Part shown: piece by piece, positions 28,774-39,003 of the stretch | Numbering within the stretch: position 1 is the stretch's first letter | Layout: the number at the start of each line of letters is the position of its first letter | Source of the DNA: Candidatus Omnitrophota bacterium | GTDB lineage: Bacteria; Omnitrophota; Gorgyraeia; Zapsychrales; JBDRMG01 | Direction of reading: 5' to 3' | DNA length: 58,945 nucleotides | Assembly: GCA_043812495.1 (NCBI GenBank) | Contig: JBDRMG010000021.1 | Location: 1 to 58,945 of the forward strand | Notes under the pieces: generated by a model | What the model saw: only the letters and a program-made list of their open reading frames with translations | Databases searched by the model: none | What the model was told of the DNA's origin: nothing | Position numbers and translations under genes: made by a program

Positions 28774-30177
28774 TTAACCGTTAAACTTACTAAAAACTTT
28801 GATGCCTTGAATAATATTGATAGCGCTTTGAATCTGATTATCGGCCGCTATGCGTTTCTTGATTTCTTCTTCCTTCTTGGCCTTCTCGATTTCTTCGGGA
28901 TTTTCGGCGCCTTTCAATTCGATGTCATCAAATATTTTTTCGGCACCATTTTCCTTGTCTTCTAATTTCTTCTCTTCGTCTGTCTTCTTGTATTCATATT
29001 CGACAATAACATCCGGCGTAATGCCAACACCATGAATCGATTTTCCTGACGGAGTGAAATATTTGCTTGTGGTGAGCCGCAAGCCCGATCCGTCCGGTAA
29101 CGGAATGACTGTTTGCACGGAACCTTTTCCGAACGATTGCATTCCTACGATGACGGCCCGTTTATTATCCTGCAAGGCGCCGGCAAGAATCTCGCTTCCG
29201 GAGGCCGATCCTTCATTGATCAAAACAACCATGGGCCAATGAACAAAGTCATTCTTAATATTATTTCTGGATACTTTTTCTGAATTTTGTGTTTCGCGAC
29301 GACCTTTGGTCGAAACGATGACGGCTCCTTGAGGAAGAAATTCTTCGGTGATATCTTCTGCAATAAGGAGAAGACCGCCCGGATTGTTGCGCAAATCCAA
29401 AATTAAACTATCGGCTCCCTCGTCTTTGATTTTCTCGAGAGCCTTGTGAAAATCCTTAGCGCTATTTTCACGAAATTCTGATAGGCGAATGTAGCCGATG
29501 TGATTATCTAAGACGCGCACATCCTTGACGTCCTGGATGCGAATGACTTCACGCGTAATGGTAAAATCATGGATTTTATATTCATCCTCCCGTAAAACCG
29601 TGATGTTGATTTTTGTTCCCGGCTTACCGCGGAGTTTCTTGACAGCGTCATTGAGGGTGATGTCGCGGGTGACTTCATCTTCGATTTTCACAATACGGTC
29701 GCCTGCTCTGATTCCGGCATTCCAAGCCGGAGTGTCCTCGAGCGGCGTGATAACCGTCAGAAGCCCATCGCGGATGGCAATTTCTATTCCGAGACCACCG
29801 AACTTTCCTTGAGTTTCTGTTTTTAAATCTTTGTAATCTTCGGGTGTGAGAAACTGACTGTGGGGATCCAGGGAAGAAAGCATGCCTTTGAGGGAGCCGT
29901 AAATCAATTCCTTGGCTGTTGGTTTCTCGGCGTATTCCGACTGAATCGTGGTCAAGGCATAACTAAAAAGTTCCACTTGAGCATAGAGGTCGTCTTCAAG
30001 GGCTTCTTTAGCCTCTTGTGATATTTCGACGTCTTCCTCAAGGTCGGGAGCGCTTATTTCCGTTTCAATCACTTCCTCGTTTTGCGGAATCTCTTGCGCT
30101 TCTTGAGACAGGACAAAATCGATCGGAATGGTGCAGATCAGTAGAAAGAGAAAAACAGAAACAATTTTTCTAACCAT
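28774..30177 (-). CDS. ctpA: S41 carboxyl-terminal protease
   Basis: LDPHS, PDZ GGLGIEI, LDLRNNPGG, SASGSEI and GKGSVQ motifs. Confidence 0.94.
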   Translation of the reverse strand: MVRKIVSVFLFLLICTIPIDFVLSQEAQEIPQNEEVIETEISAPDLEEDVEISQEAKEALEDDLYAQVELFSYALTTIQSEYAEKPTAKELIYGSLKGMLSSLDPHSQFLTPEDYKDLKTETQGKFGGLGIEIAIRDGLLTVITPLEDTPAWNAGIRAGDRIVKIEDEVTRDITLNDAVKKLRGKPGTKINITVLREDEYKIHDFTITREVIRIQDVKDVRVLDNHIGYIRLSEFRENSAKDFHKALEKIKDEGADSLILDLRNNPGGLLLIAEDITEEFLPQGAVIVSTKGRRETQNSEKVSRNNIKNDFVHWPMVVLINEGSASGSEILAGALQDNKRAVIVGMQSFGKGSVQTVIPLPDGSGLRLTTSKYFTPSGKSIHGVGITPDVIVEYEYKKTDEEKKLEDKENGAEKIFDDIELKGAENPEEIEKAKKEEEIKKRIAADNQIQSAINIIQGIKVFSKFNG

Positions 30178-31609
30178 TTTGGATCCTCCCTTTAATCATT
30201 TCGCCAATTTTCTTTGGGTTGGCTTTACCTTTGCTTTTTTTCATGGCTTGACCGACCAAAAATCCGATCGCGCTATCTTTCCCATCTTTAATTTGCTGAA
30301 TGATTTTATCATTTTCACGTAAAATCTCATCAACAATCTTATTTAATGAAGCGTCATCCGAAACTTGGGCCAATCCTTCCGCGGCAATAATTTCATCCAC
30401 ATTTTTTCCGGTATCAATAACGAGCTTTAAAACATCCTTTCCCGCAAGATTACTTAACGCGCCGCCTTCAACTTTCTCGATAATGGATATTAATTTTTTT
30501 GGGCTTAAAGAAACAGCGGTGATCGGAATTTTTCGCGCATTGAGCTCTTGCAAGACCGGACCGTTGATCCAATTGCAGATTTTCTTGGTCTGCGGGAACA
30601 ATTTAGCGCAGCTTTCAAAGAAATCTGAGAGGTTCCTGTCCTGAATTAAGATTTGCGCATCATAATCAGAAAGGCTGTAATCTTTTTGCAAGCGAAGATA
30701 TTTTTGCGTTGGCGACTCGCCTAAGGTTTTGCCGATTTCTTCAATGGCTTTTGGCTCAACCATAAAAGGGACAAGATCCGGTTCCGGGAAATAACGATAA
30801 TCGTGCGCCTCTTCCTTGCTACGCATCGGCAGGGTCACTTGTTTTTGTTCATCCCATAATCTTGTTTCTTGAGTCATCGGCTCATTCGCATTTTTCATGT
30901 CTGTTTGACGATTTATTTCGTAATCCAAGGCATTTTTAACGGCCTTAAAGGAGTTCATATTTTTAATTTCTATTTTGACGCCTAAAGTTTTTTCTCCCAT
31001 TTCGCGAATCGATATATTAGCGTCGCAGCGAAGACTCCCTTTTTCCATGTCGCAATCGGAGACGTCCAAATATTGAAGGGTCAATTTAAGCATTGTCAGA
31101 TAGTCGTAGGCTTCTTGCGCGCTTCGCAGATCCGGTTCCGTGACAATTTCCATCAGAGGAGAACCTGTGCGATTGTAATCGACCAGGCTACAGCGATTTT
31201 TCGGATCGTGGATCAATTTTCCGGCGTCTTCCTCCAGATGGGCCCGATGGATGCGAATTGTTTTTGATTGACCGTTCACAAAGATTTGGATATATCCGTC
31301 ATGGGCTATGGGTTGATCGTATTGAGAAATTTGATACGCTTTGGGCAAGTCAGGATAGTAATAATTCTTTCGATCAAATTTGATTAAGGAATTCACCTGG
31401 CAATTAAGACCAAGGGCAACTTTAATGGCCAGCTCAAGCGCCTTTTGATTGAGAACCGGAAGTGCGCCCGGCAATCCTAAGCACACAGGGCATGTTTGGC
31501 TATTGGGATCCTGGCCGAATGTATTGGCGCATCCGCAGAAGATTTTGCTTTCTGTGGCCAGCTGCAAATGCACTTCAAGTCCGATGACAGTTTCAAATTC
31601 TTTTTTCAT
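30170..31609 (-). CDS. gatB: Asp/Glu-tRNA amidotransferase subunit B
   Basis: IGLEVH.QL, FDRKNY.YPDLPK.YQISQ and DYRYFPEPDL motifs. Confidence 0.98.
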   Translation of the reverse strand: MKKEFETVIGLEVHLQLATESKIFCGCANTFGQDPNSQTCPVCLGLPGALPVLNQKALELAIKVALGLNCQVNSLIKFDRKNYYYPDLPKAYQISQYDQPIAHDGYIQIFVNGQSKTIRIHRAHLEEDAGKLIHDPKNRCSLVDYNRTGSPLMEIVTEPDLRSAQEAYDYLTMLKLTLQYLDVSDCDMEKGSLRCDANISIREMGEKTLGVKIEIKNMNSFKAVKNALDYEINRQTDMKNANEPMTQETRLWDEQKQVTLPMRSKEEAHDYRYFPEPDLVPFMVEPKAIEEIGKTLGESPTQKYLRLQKDYSLSDYDAQILIQDRNLSDFFESCAKLFPQTKKICNWINGPVLQELNARKIPITAVSLSPKKLISIIEKVEGGALSNLAGKDVLKLVIDTGKNVDEIIAAEGLAQVSDDASLNKIVDEILRENDKIIQQIKDGKDSAIGFLVGQAMKKSKGKANPKKIGEMIKGRIQNG

Positions 31610-33045
31610 AGTGACGGTTTCTGTTTATGCCAGGGCGTTTTCTGCTCATAGGCATGGGCCAAACGGAACATCATCTCTTCATCAAACGGTTTAGTCATCA
31701 TTTGAAGACCGATAGGCAAACCTTCTTTGGAAAATCCGCACGGAATCGAAATCGCAGGAATGCCGGCCAGATTAGCCGATATGGTATACACGTCGGATAA
31801 ATACATCGCCAGAGGATCATCTTTTCTCTCGCCAATCTTGAAAGCTGTTGTCGGTGATGTCGGCGTAAGAATCGCATCCAGTTCTTTAAAGGCTTTATCA
31901 AAATCGTTCTTGATCAGTGTCCTGACTTTTTGAGCTTTCAAATAGTAGGCGTCATAATATCCAGCGGACAACGAATAGGTCCCGAGCATAATGCGTCTCT
32001 TGGCTTCATCGCCGAAGCCAATCCCGCGCGTTTCTTCGTACATATCAATGAGACTTGAGCGTCTTGTTTTGTCCGGTTGCCGACGCAGACCATACTGTAC
32101 CCCGTCAAATCGGGCCAGATTGGAACTGGCTTCCGCGGTGGCCACGATATAATATGTGGCCACGGCATAATCGCTGTGAGGTAAAGAAATATCTTTAAAA
32201 ATGACGCCTGCATTCTTAAGGACGCTGATCGCTTCTTGAACAGAAGCCTTGACCTGCGCATCAAGGCCTTGGACGAAATATTCTTTTGGAATGCCGACCT
32301 TCAGTCCCTTGACATCGCCAGTTAAGGAATTTACATAGTCAGGGACAGGTACGTTGACGGATGTCGAATCCCGTTCGTCATGCCCTGCAACAATATTCAA
32401 TAAAAGAGACGCATCTTCGACATCTTTGGTCAGCGGGCCAATCTGGTCAAGGCTTGAGGCAAAGGCGATGAGTCCGTAGCGAGAAACGCGACCGTATGTT
32501 GGTTTGACGCCTACAACGCCGCAGAATGAGGCCGGTTGTCGGATCGAACCGCCCGTATCAGATCCAAGCGCCCAGATCGTTTCATCGGCAGCCACGCAAG
32601 CGGCCGATCCGCCGCTGGAGCCGCCGGGAACGCAATCGAGATTCCAGGGATTATGGGTTGGGCCGTAATAAGAGTTCTCTGTCGACGAACCAAAAGCGAA
32701 TTCATCCATGTTCGCGTATCCGAGAAAAGTGCTGTGGGCCTCAATGAGTTTTTCGATGACGGTTGCGTGGTAGGGCGAACGAAATCCTTCGAGGATATGC
32801 GAGCAACAGGTGACTTCCTGATTCTTTATGCACATGTTGTCTTTGATAGCGATTGGAATGCCGCCTAATTGACTTTGAGATGCTGCTTTTTGAGGTTGAG
32901 AATCAAACAGGCGAACATAGGATTTAACTTTTTTATCTGTTTTATTAATCCTTTGCAGGACAGATGCTTGAATTGCTTGTGCATCAGTCTTTTTTTGTTT
33001 GATCAAATCAAGTAGTGCGTGAGCCGTTAAGGCGGGATAATTCAT
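31606..33045 (-). CDS. gatA: Asp/Glu-tRNA amidotransferase subunit A
   Basis: IKDN, GGSSGGSA and SDTGGSIRQPA amidase signature. Confidence 0.98.
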   Translation of the reverse strand: MNYPALTAHALLDLIKQKKTDAQAIQASVLQRINKTDKKVKSYVRLFDSQPQKAASQSQLGGIPIAIKDNMCIKNQEVTCCSHILEGFRSPYHATVIEKLIEAHSTFLGYANMDEFAFGSSTENSYYGPTHNPWNLDCVPGGSSGGSAACVAADETIWALGSDTGGSIRQPASFCGVVGVKPTYGRVSRYGLIAFASSLDQIGPLTKDVEDASLLLNIVAGHDERDSTSVNVPVPDYVNSLTGDVKGLKVGIPKEYFVQGLDAQVKASVQEAISVLKNAGVIFKDISLPHSDYAVATYYIVATAEASSNLARFDGVQYGLRRQPDKTRRSSLIDMYEETRGIGFGDEAKRRIMLGTYSLSAGYYDAYYLKAQKVRTLIKNDFDKAFKELDAILTPTSPTTAFKIGERKDDPLAMYLSDVYTISANLAGIPAISIPCGFSKEGLPIGLQMMTKPFDEEMMFRLAHAYEQKTPWHKQKPSL

Positions 33046-33326
33046 TCAATCACCTGAGGGACTTTAAAGGATCCGTTGTGCGTGTGCGACGTGATTTTCA
33101 TCACGGCCCCCTGCTCAAGGGATGGCTTGATGCGATCAGCGCGAAACACATTTTTTAAAGGAAGAACATGGCTGGTCGGCTGGACGTTGGTCACATCCAG
33201 TTTATTGAGTTTCTCAATATAACCCAGAATATCTTCCAGCGTCTTTGTTAAGTGCTCAACTTCCTGTTCCTGCAAATGGATGCGAGATAAATGGGCAATC
33301 GCGCGAACATCTTTTTTAGAAATCAT
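33042..33326 (-). CDS. gatC: Asp/Glu-tRNA amidotransferase subunit C
   Basis: IAHLSRI, LDVTNV.PT and FKVP.VIE motifs; gatCAB order. Confidence 0.95.
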   Translation of the reverse strand: MISKKDVRAIAHLSRIHLQEQEVEHLTKTLEDILGYIEKLNKLDVTNVQPTSHVLPLKNVFRADRIKPSLEQGAVMKITSHTHNGSFKVPQVIE

Positions 33327-33383
33327 AGTAGCGTCATTCCTAAATTTTAATATTCATATTAATATTAACTCCAAAGCTGAAAT

Positions 33384-33412
33384 ATAATAGCATTTGCGTC
33401 TTAGTTTCACAA
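33384..33412 (-). promoter_or_regulatory. Putative sigma70 promoter of gatC operon
   Basis: TTGTGA-N17-TATTAT with a TGn extension. Confidence 0.55.
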
Positions 33413-33420
33413 GGACAACC

Positions 33421-33801
33421 TTACAACAATTTTGATTTGAGATCTTCCGGAATGGGGGTTGGCTTGAAATCTTTATTGAGACAAACGAGAGTTACTTCTG
33501 ATTCCACGATGAGCTGGTTTGTTTTCTTCTCAAAGATTTTCTGATCGAAAATCAGTTTAACAGCCGATGCCTTTATAAGAGTTGCTGTGCAGATCAGAAC
33601 CTGCCCATAGCGCGCAGGATATCGATAATGGATCGTACATTGACTGACGGCGTACAAAAGTCCTCGTTCGTGAAAGGCCGCAACGCTTAAGCCTTTGAGC
33701 TCGAGAAATTCTGTTCTGGCCTCTTCAAGGTATTTTAAATAATTGCCGTAATAGACGACGCCGCCGGCATCGGTATCATGAAAATAAATTCGTTTTTCCA
33801 T
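33421..33801 (-). CDS. YbgC/FadM family acyl-CoA thioesterase
   Basis: RIYFHDTDAGGVVYYGNYLKYLEEARTE motif. Confidence 0.92.
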   Translation of the reverse strand: MEKRIYFHDTDAGGVVYYGNYLKYLEEARTEFLELKGLSVAAFHERGLLYAVSQCTIHYRYPARYGQVLICTATLIKASAVKLIFDQKIFEKKTNQLIVESEVTLVCLNKDFKPTPIPEDLKSKLL

Positions 33802-33832
33802 TAAAAACTCCTCCGGGATGGTCTGTTAGCTA

Positions 33833-34261
33833 TTACTCTTTTTGTGTCTGCTGGGAAAGCCAGAAATTCGTGGTCGTGCGGAAATTAACTTTTCCGAATC
33901 CAAAAAGGACTTTGTTATTAGCGACTTGAGAAAGATCCCTTGCAATATCCAACAGCGTCATATCCGTGTAGCCCCAATTTCTCATAATTTGCCAGGCCTC
34001 CATGATCGTATCCGCGATGGCATTCTCAGGATTGAAGCAGCGATTTCTTAAAGAGCTCAGAATCCATTGAAATTCGGCAATAATAGCAGGAGCCGGCTCA
34101 ATTTTATTTTTCAGAAAAACATCCTGAATATTTTCATTAGCTGTATGAATCTTAGCAAGCTTATAGGCAATGGTATCCTGAACCTCTTGCGCTCTTGAAA
34201 GAGGCGCATGACAAAAGATGCATAACCATATGCAGATGAATAGGTTAAGAAATATTTTCAT
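33833..34261 (-). CDS. Hypothetical exported protein
   Basis: Signal-peptide-like N-terminus ending SRA-Q; no recognised domain. Confidence 0.6.
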   Translation of the reverse strand: MKIFLNLFICIWLCIFCHAPLSRAQEVQDTIAYKLAKIHTANENIQDVFLKNKIEPAPAIIAEFQWILSSLRNRCFNPENAIADTIMEAWQIMRNWGYTDMTLLDIARDLSQVANNKVLFGFGKVNFRTTTNFWLSQQTQKE

Positions 34262-34458
34262 AAGAATAATTGAACCAGAATTACTACCCATCTTTCTTTT
34301 ATCATCTGTTTGTTGATGTGTCAAGCACAATAGAGAAACTCTTAGCTTATGGGATAAAATAGGTTGTAAGAAACGGAAAATTACTCTTGTGCGAAAGATG
34401 CTTTCGTGTTATATATTTATTAAGACGGCCACGGATCCTTAGCAAAGGTGAAGTGGCC

Positions 34459-34881
34459 ATGCTTGTTAATGATAAAGAAAAAGATTTGAAGACTTTTAAT
34501 CAAAAAGAGTCCAGCCCGCAATCCAGCGATAGGCGCTATCTTCCCCGATGGGAAGTCAGTTCAAAAGTATCCTGCCAAAGAGAAGGCCAAGACGCAGCCG
34601 ATGATTGTTTGAGTAAAGATATTACAGCTATGGGAATGTGCGTTTCGACCAGCCAGGCCTTAAAATCCGGTGAGAAATTATCTTTGCGTATGTATCTGTG
34701 CGAAGACGCAGAGCCGATACGGGCCAATGGGCATGTCGTCTGGATAACGACGGAAGGCCAGGACCAGCGTGCCGGGATCAGCTTTGATTGGATTGATCAT
34801 AAGGCCCGGGATTTGATTTTTAATTATGCCTTTCAATTCAAGAGGGAAGAACTTCGCAAGCGCTGGTTTAAGGGTTGCTAG
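34459..34881 (+). CDS. PilZ domain protein (c-di-GMP receptor)
   Basis: DRRYLPR, DITAMG, G.VVW and AGISF motifs. Confidence 0.85.
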   Translation: MLVNDKEKDLKTFNQKESSPQSSDRRYLPRWEVSSKVSCQREGQDAADDCLSKDITAMGMCVSTSQALKSGEKLSLRMYLCEDAEPIRANGHVVWITTEGQDQRAGISFDWIDHKARDLIFNYAFQFKREELRKRWFKGC

Positions 34882-35416
34882 TGAGTTGTCGTTGTTGAAG
34901 CCCCCGTTCTCTTCGAACTGCAAACGTTATCCATAATCCCAAGAATCCACCCAAGGTATTATAAAGTACATCCCGCAGATCATAATACCGGCCCGGTAAT
35001 AAGTATTGAATTCCCTCATCACCCCACCCTAGGGCTGCTGTCAACAGGAAAGCTAAAAGATAAGCCAAAACTTTGTTTGTTTTTGCTTGCAGAGCCTTGT
35101 GAATCAGAAAAGCCAGGAAACCATATTCAAGAAAATGGATTTTCTCTATAGGAATGGTCATGGATTTAAGAAGGTGAATCATGACCGTTGCCAAGACGAT
35201 AAGGATAAGGTATGTTGAGCGAAATCGGATTTTTATTTTATGAAGAAGAAAAAGAAGAAAAATCAAAGCAAGAACATACAAAACATTGACAGCGATAGAA
35301 ATGGGTATAAATTGAGTCAAGAATTGGGTTAAGGATTGCGCGAATGGCAGAGTCAGATAAATGAAAGCCGTCCACGCAAGAACTTGAAACCAATAATTTC
35401 TTTGAAAGGATTTCAT
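34868..35416 (-). CDS. VanZ family membrane protein
   Basis: EKIHFLEYG.L and DE.IQY.LPGR..D..DV..N..G motifs. Confidence 0.85.
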   Translation of the reverse strand: MKSFQRNYWFQVLAWTAFIYLTLPFAQSLTQFLTQFIPISIAVNVLYVLALIFLLFLLHKIKIRFRSTYLILIVLATVMIHLLKSMTIPIEKIHFLEYGFLAFLIHKALQAKTNKVLAYLLAFLLTAALGWGDEGIQYLLPGRYYDLRDVLYNTLGGFLGLWITFAVRRERGLQQRQLTSNP

Positions 35417-36255
35417 TTTTCGCTTCGAAAATGAATACTGGCTCCGTCGTTTTCAAATACGATGGAGCCGTTTTTATCGGTCCTCAAGAGTTTCCGATTT
35501 CCTATCTTTTCAAGATCATCTTGAGCCGGTAGACCCCATGGATTATTACCGGTTAACATGACAAAGGTTGCTTTTGGAAAAGTCTTCAGAAACCCGTTAC
35601 TCAGAGGTCCTCCATGATGAGGGACTTGTACGCATGCGGCGTTTTTCACAACAGGATACTTCTTGATGATTTCCTCTTGAATGTCCGGACCAATATCCGA
35701 CGTAAAAAGAAATGAAGTTTCTTTATAGCGCAACAAGAGGACCATCGCGCTATCATTAACGGAGTGGTCGAAGTTATTCGGATTCAGAATATCCAGGACG
35801 ATGCCATCGGGCAGATGGGCAATCGTCTGTCCTTGTTTAAGGGTTTGCATAGATATTCTTTTCTCTCTAAAAAGATCAATCAATTCAGAATAACCTTCCT
35901 CTGCTCTCTCGTCTCCGTTCACAAAGATTCTCTGGATGGGAAATATTTGCGCGATAGAAGCAAAGCCCTCAAAATGATTTTTGTGAGGATGAGTGATGAC
36001 GGCCGTGTCGATTTTCTTAATTTCCTTGCGCTTAAGATAACTAATAAGATTTTTGGAATACTCTTTGGGTCCTGCGTCAATCAGCATCGTCGACGAATCA
36101 GGAAATACAATCAATGTGGCGTCTCCATAACCGACATTGATAAAATGAACACTGAGAAGACCACTGGATTCAGGCCCGCAGGTTGCGCAGCCTGCGAGAA
36201 ATACACAGGCCATAAAGAAAACATAACAGTCGGTGAATTTGGATTTCTTTTTCAT
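35413..36255 (-). CDS. ComEC/Rec2-like metallo-beta-lactamase-fold lipoprotein
   Basis: LAGC lipobox, FINVG.GD, LIDAG, THPHKNH, ND...V, VPHHG and RTD..G.I motifs. Confidence 0.85.
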   Translation of the reverse strand: MKKKSKFTDCYVFFMACVFLAGCATCGPESSGLLSVHFINVGYGDATLIVFPDSSTMLIDAGPKEYSKNLISYLKRKEIKKIDTAVITHPHKNHFEGFASIAQIFPIQRIFVNGDERAEEGYSELIDLFREKRISMQTLKQGQTIAHLPDGIVLDILNPNNFDHSVNDSAMVLLLRYKETSFLFTSDIGPDIQEEIIKKYPVVKNAACVQVPHHGGPLSNGFLKTFPKATFVMLTGNNPWGLPAQDDLEKIGNRKLLRTDKNGSIVFENDGASIHFRSEK

Positions 36256-36259
36256 GATC

Positions 36260-37072
36260 CTATTCGATCGCATTAGCCAAATTCGCAAAGTCCTCTAAGC
36301 TGAGGTTTTCGGGTCGTGAATGAGGATTCACTTTTATCAATGCCAAGAGAACGGAGCTCTTGTCCTTGGAGATTATGGATGATAATGCATTAACAATTGT
36401 TTTGCGACGTTGAGTAAAAGCCTGTCGGATCAATCGCCAAAAAAGAAATTCATTTTTGATGGCCAAAGAAGGTTTTTTACGCATCCGAAGTTGCATAAAG
36501 CAAGATTGTACTTTGGGTCTTGGGCGAAAGGCTGTATTTCTGATTTTAAAGAGCATTTCACAATCCGCATGATATTGAACAAAAAGGCTGAAGGCGCTGT
36601 AATCTTTTGTGTTGATTTTGGCTTTCATGCGGTTTCCAAATTCAAGCTGAACCGTGACGAATAAAGACGAGAAAAACTCTTTGTAATCGAGGATTTTCGC
36701 GATGATCGGTGAGCAAATATAATAGGGCAGGTTGCTGATCGCGATGCAATTTCTCTCTAAAGACCGAACATCAAATTTCAGGAAATCAGCATGGATCAGC
36801 TCAAGGTTGTCCTGAGGAAATTTCTTGCGAAGTTCCTCGATGAGCCTTCGGTCCGTTTCGATGGCGATGACTTTCTTGACGCGCGGCAGAAGTTCTGCGG
36901 TTAACGCTCCTCGGCCTGGCCCGATCTCCAAGACCGTGTCCGTTGGTTGCAGATGACAGGTCTGAATGATTTTCCTAGCAATATTCTGATCAATCAGGAA
37001 ATTCTGACCGAGTTGTTTCTTGGGCTTGAGAGAGGATGGAAATCGATCAGATGATTTTCTTTTTAACGACAT
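36260..37072 (-). CDS. rsmA: 16S rRNA dimethyladenosine transferase
   Basis: LGQNFL, EIGPG.G, SNLPY and QRRKT motifs. Confidence 0.96.
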   Translation of the reverse strand: MSLKRKSSDRFPSSLKPKKQLGQNFLIDQNIARKIIQTCHLQPTDTVLEIGPGRGALTAELLPRVKKVIAIETDRRLIEELRKKFPQDNLELIHADFLKFDVRSLERNCIAISNLPYYICSPIIAKILDYKEFFSSLFVTVQLEFGNRMKAKINTKDYSAFSLFVQYHADCEMLFKIRNTAFRPRPKVQSCFMQLRMRKKPSLAIKNEFLFWRLIRQAFTQRRKTIVNALSSIISKDKSSVLLALIKVNPHSRPENLSLEDFANLANAIE

Positions 37073-37082
37073 GACGTATGAT

Positions 37083-38033
37083 TTAAGCCTTTTTTGAACA
37101 AAGCCGAGAGGCTAACAGGATGGCCTCCATCATAGAGCGGGGGTCAGCAATATTTTTTCCTGCAATTGCGAATGCCGTTCCATGGGCCGGAGACGTGCGA
37201 ATGATCGGCAAGCCAATCGTGATATTGACAAGCTTGTCAAAGTAAAGAGCCTTCATTGGAGCCAGACCCTGATCATGATACATAGCGATGAGACAGTCGT
37301 AGGGACGGGCGTTGATCGGGCAAAAAAGGGTATCGGCAGCGATGGGACCGAAGACGTTAAGGCCTTTTTCTTGAGCTTGAAAAACAGCAGGAGCAATGAC
37401 TTTCATGTCCTCGTCTCCAAGGACTCCATTCTCTCCGGCATGGGGATTGAGACCGCAAAGTGCGATTCTAGGTTTTTTGATATGAAAATAATTCACGAGG
37501 GCCTGATGCGTTAAAGTGATTGTGCTGAAAAGACCCGTGATGGTTAACTGCCGACTCACCTCTTTTAAAGGAATATGGCGCGTGGCCACAACCATTTTGA
37601 GACCGTCCGCGATAAACATCATGTCAAAATTTTTAGTTTTAAAATAGCGGGCAAGAAATTCTGTGTGCCCTGAAAATGGAATACCAAGAGAACAAATGAG
37701 TTCTTTGGACAAAGGACCGGTGACGAGCGCGTCGATTTTCTTACCCTTCAAGAGACGGCATGCCAGCTTCAGATAATCTAAGGATGCTTGAGCGCTCTTT
37801 TGACTGGGATGCCCGGGTTTAAATTCGGTTTTTCTAGAGTTTTGTTGATGTGCAAATGCACAAAAACTCAGTTTTCTTCTTTGATTAAGGGAAAAAACTT
37901 GAGAGTCCCCGATAATCACAAACTGGGTGAGTTTTCGAATGGGGCTTTTGAGGAGAGATTTGAGGATAATTTCTGGACCGACGCCGCAAGGATCGCCTAA
38001 GGTGATTCCGATTCTTGTCTTTCGCATGGGCAT
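37083..38033 (-). CDS. pdxA: 4-hydroxythreonine-4-phosphate dehydrogenase
   Basis: GDP.GVGPE, GHTE, GLNPHAGE, MYHDQG and RTSPAHGTA motifs; start trimmed to MPMRK. Confidence 0.95.
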   Translation of the reverse strand: MPMRKTRIGITLGDPCGVGPEIILKSLLKSPIRKLTQFVIIGDSQVFSLNQRRKLSFCAFAHQQNSRKTEFKPGHPSQKSAQASLDYLKLACRLLKGKKIDALVTGPLSKELICSLGIPFSGHTEFLARYFKTKNFDMMFIADGLKMVVATRHIPLKEVSRQLTITGLFSTITLTHQALVNYFHIKKPRIALCGLNPHAGENGVLGDEDMKVIAPAVFQAQEKGLNVFGPIAADTLFCPINARPYDCLIAMYHDQGLAPMKALYFDKLVNITIGLPIIRTSPAHGTAFAIAGKNIADPRSMMEAILLASRLCSKKA

Positions 38034-38043
38034 AACAATCGCG

Positions 38044-39003
38044 TTATAATTGCTGTTGCTTAATGTCGATATAGGCGCTTTGCTTGAGTTCCTGAAGCCA
38101 GGCCATGAGGCGTTGGTGATATTTATCCTGGAAAATAGCTTGGTAAATCTTTTCTCGCACGTCTTCCAAGGGGGCCACTTCTTGAGGAAATTTGCGTACG
38201 ACCTTAACAATCAATAATGCTGAATCTGTTTGGATGACAGGAGAGATATCGCCGGGTTTGAGTTTGTAAATGATGTCTTCAATGTTCTGCAGCATTTGAC
38301 CGCGGGCCACCACTCCGATGTTAGGGATTTCAGAGAATTCCTTGGCGACTTGCGCAAAATCTTCTCCGGCCAGTAAACGGGCATGGGCCTCTTCAGCTTT
38401 TTTTTGCGCAGCCCCTTTATTATCAATGTCCAACTTAATTCCTATGGAATCCAACTCGATGCGCTCAGGCTTCTGAAATAAGCTGATATTTTTCTCGTAA
38501 TGGTCGGTCACATCCTGCGGATTAACAAAAATCTTGCTTTTAACTTCCCGCTCAATGATAAATTTGATTTTTAGATCATTGGCAATCTTTTCTTTAACAT
38601 CTCCCAGAGTTAGCCCTTCGCTTGTGAGGGCGTCTAAGAATACCTTTTCGGACGGATATTGACTCTTGACTTCATTGATTTTGTCTTCAATCGCTTTATC
38701 GCGGATTTCCATTCCTTTTGCATTGGCTGCATCGATCAAAAGCTTCTCTTCGATCAATTTGTTTAGACCGTCATTCTGGTAGGTCACGATTCTCTCTTCA
38801 ATCTCTGCTTGGCTTAAGCCTTGGGCGCGAAGGCGTATGAATAAAGAGCTTAAATAATCGCGAAAATCATGCAGGGTGATAACGTCTCCGTTGACGACGG
38901 CTATAATCGTGTCTTCTAAAGAAAAAACACTTGGAGAGGCCATGAAAAGAAAAACAGTCAAACAAAGAAAAATTTTGGTGATCTCTTTAGGTGTCCTGGT
39001 CAT
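38044..39003 (-). CDS. surA: SurA/PrsA-like periplasmic chaperone with a parvulin-like domain
   Basis: [30 protein letters not shown] and L.PG.IS..I motifs; mfd-surA-pdxA-rsmA context. Confidence 0.8.
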   Translation of the reverse strand: MTRTPKEITKIFLCLTVFLFMASPSVFSLEDTIIAVVNGDVITLHDFRDYLSSLFIRLRAQGLSQAEIEERIVTYQNDGLNKLIEEKLLIDAANAKGMEIRDKAIEDKINEVKSQYPSEKVFLDALTSEGLTLGDVKEKIANDLKIKFIIEREVKSKIFVNPQDVTDHYEKNISLFQKPERIELDSIGIKLDIDNKGAAQKKAEEAHARLLAGEDFAQVAKEFSEIPNIGVVARGQMLQNIEDIIYKLKPGDISPVIQTDSALLIVKVVRKFPQEVAPLEDVREKIYQAIFQDKYHQRLMAWLQELKQSAYIDIKQQQL

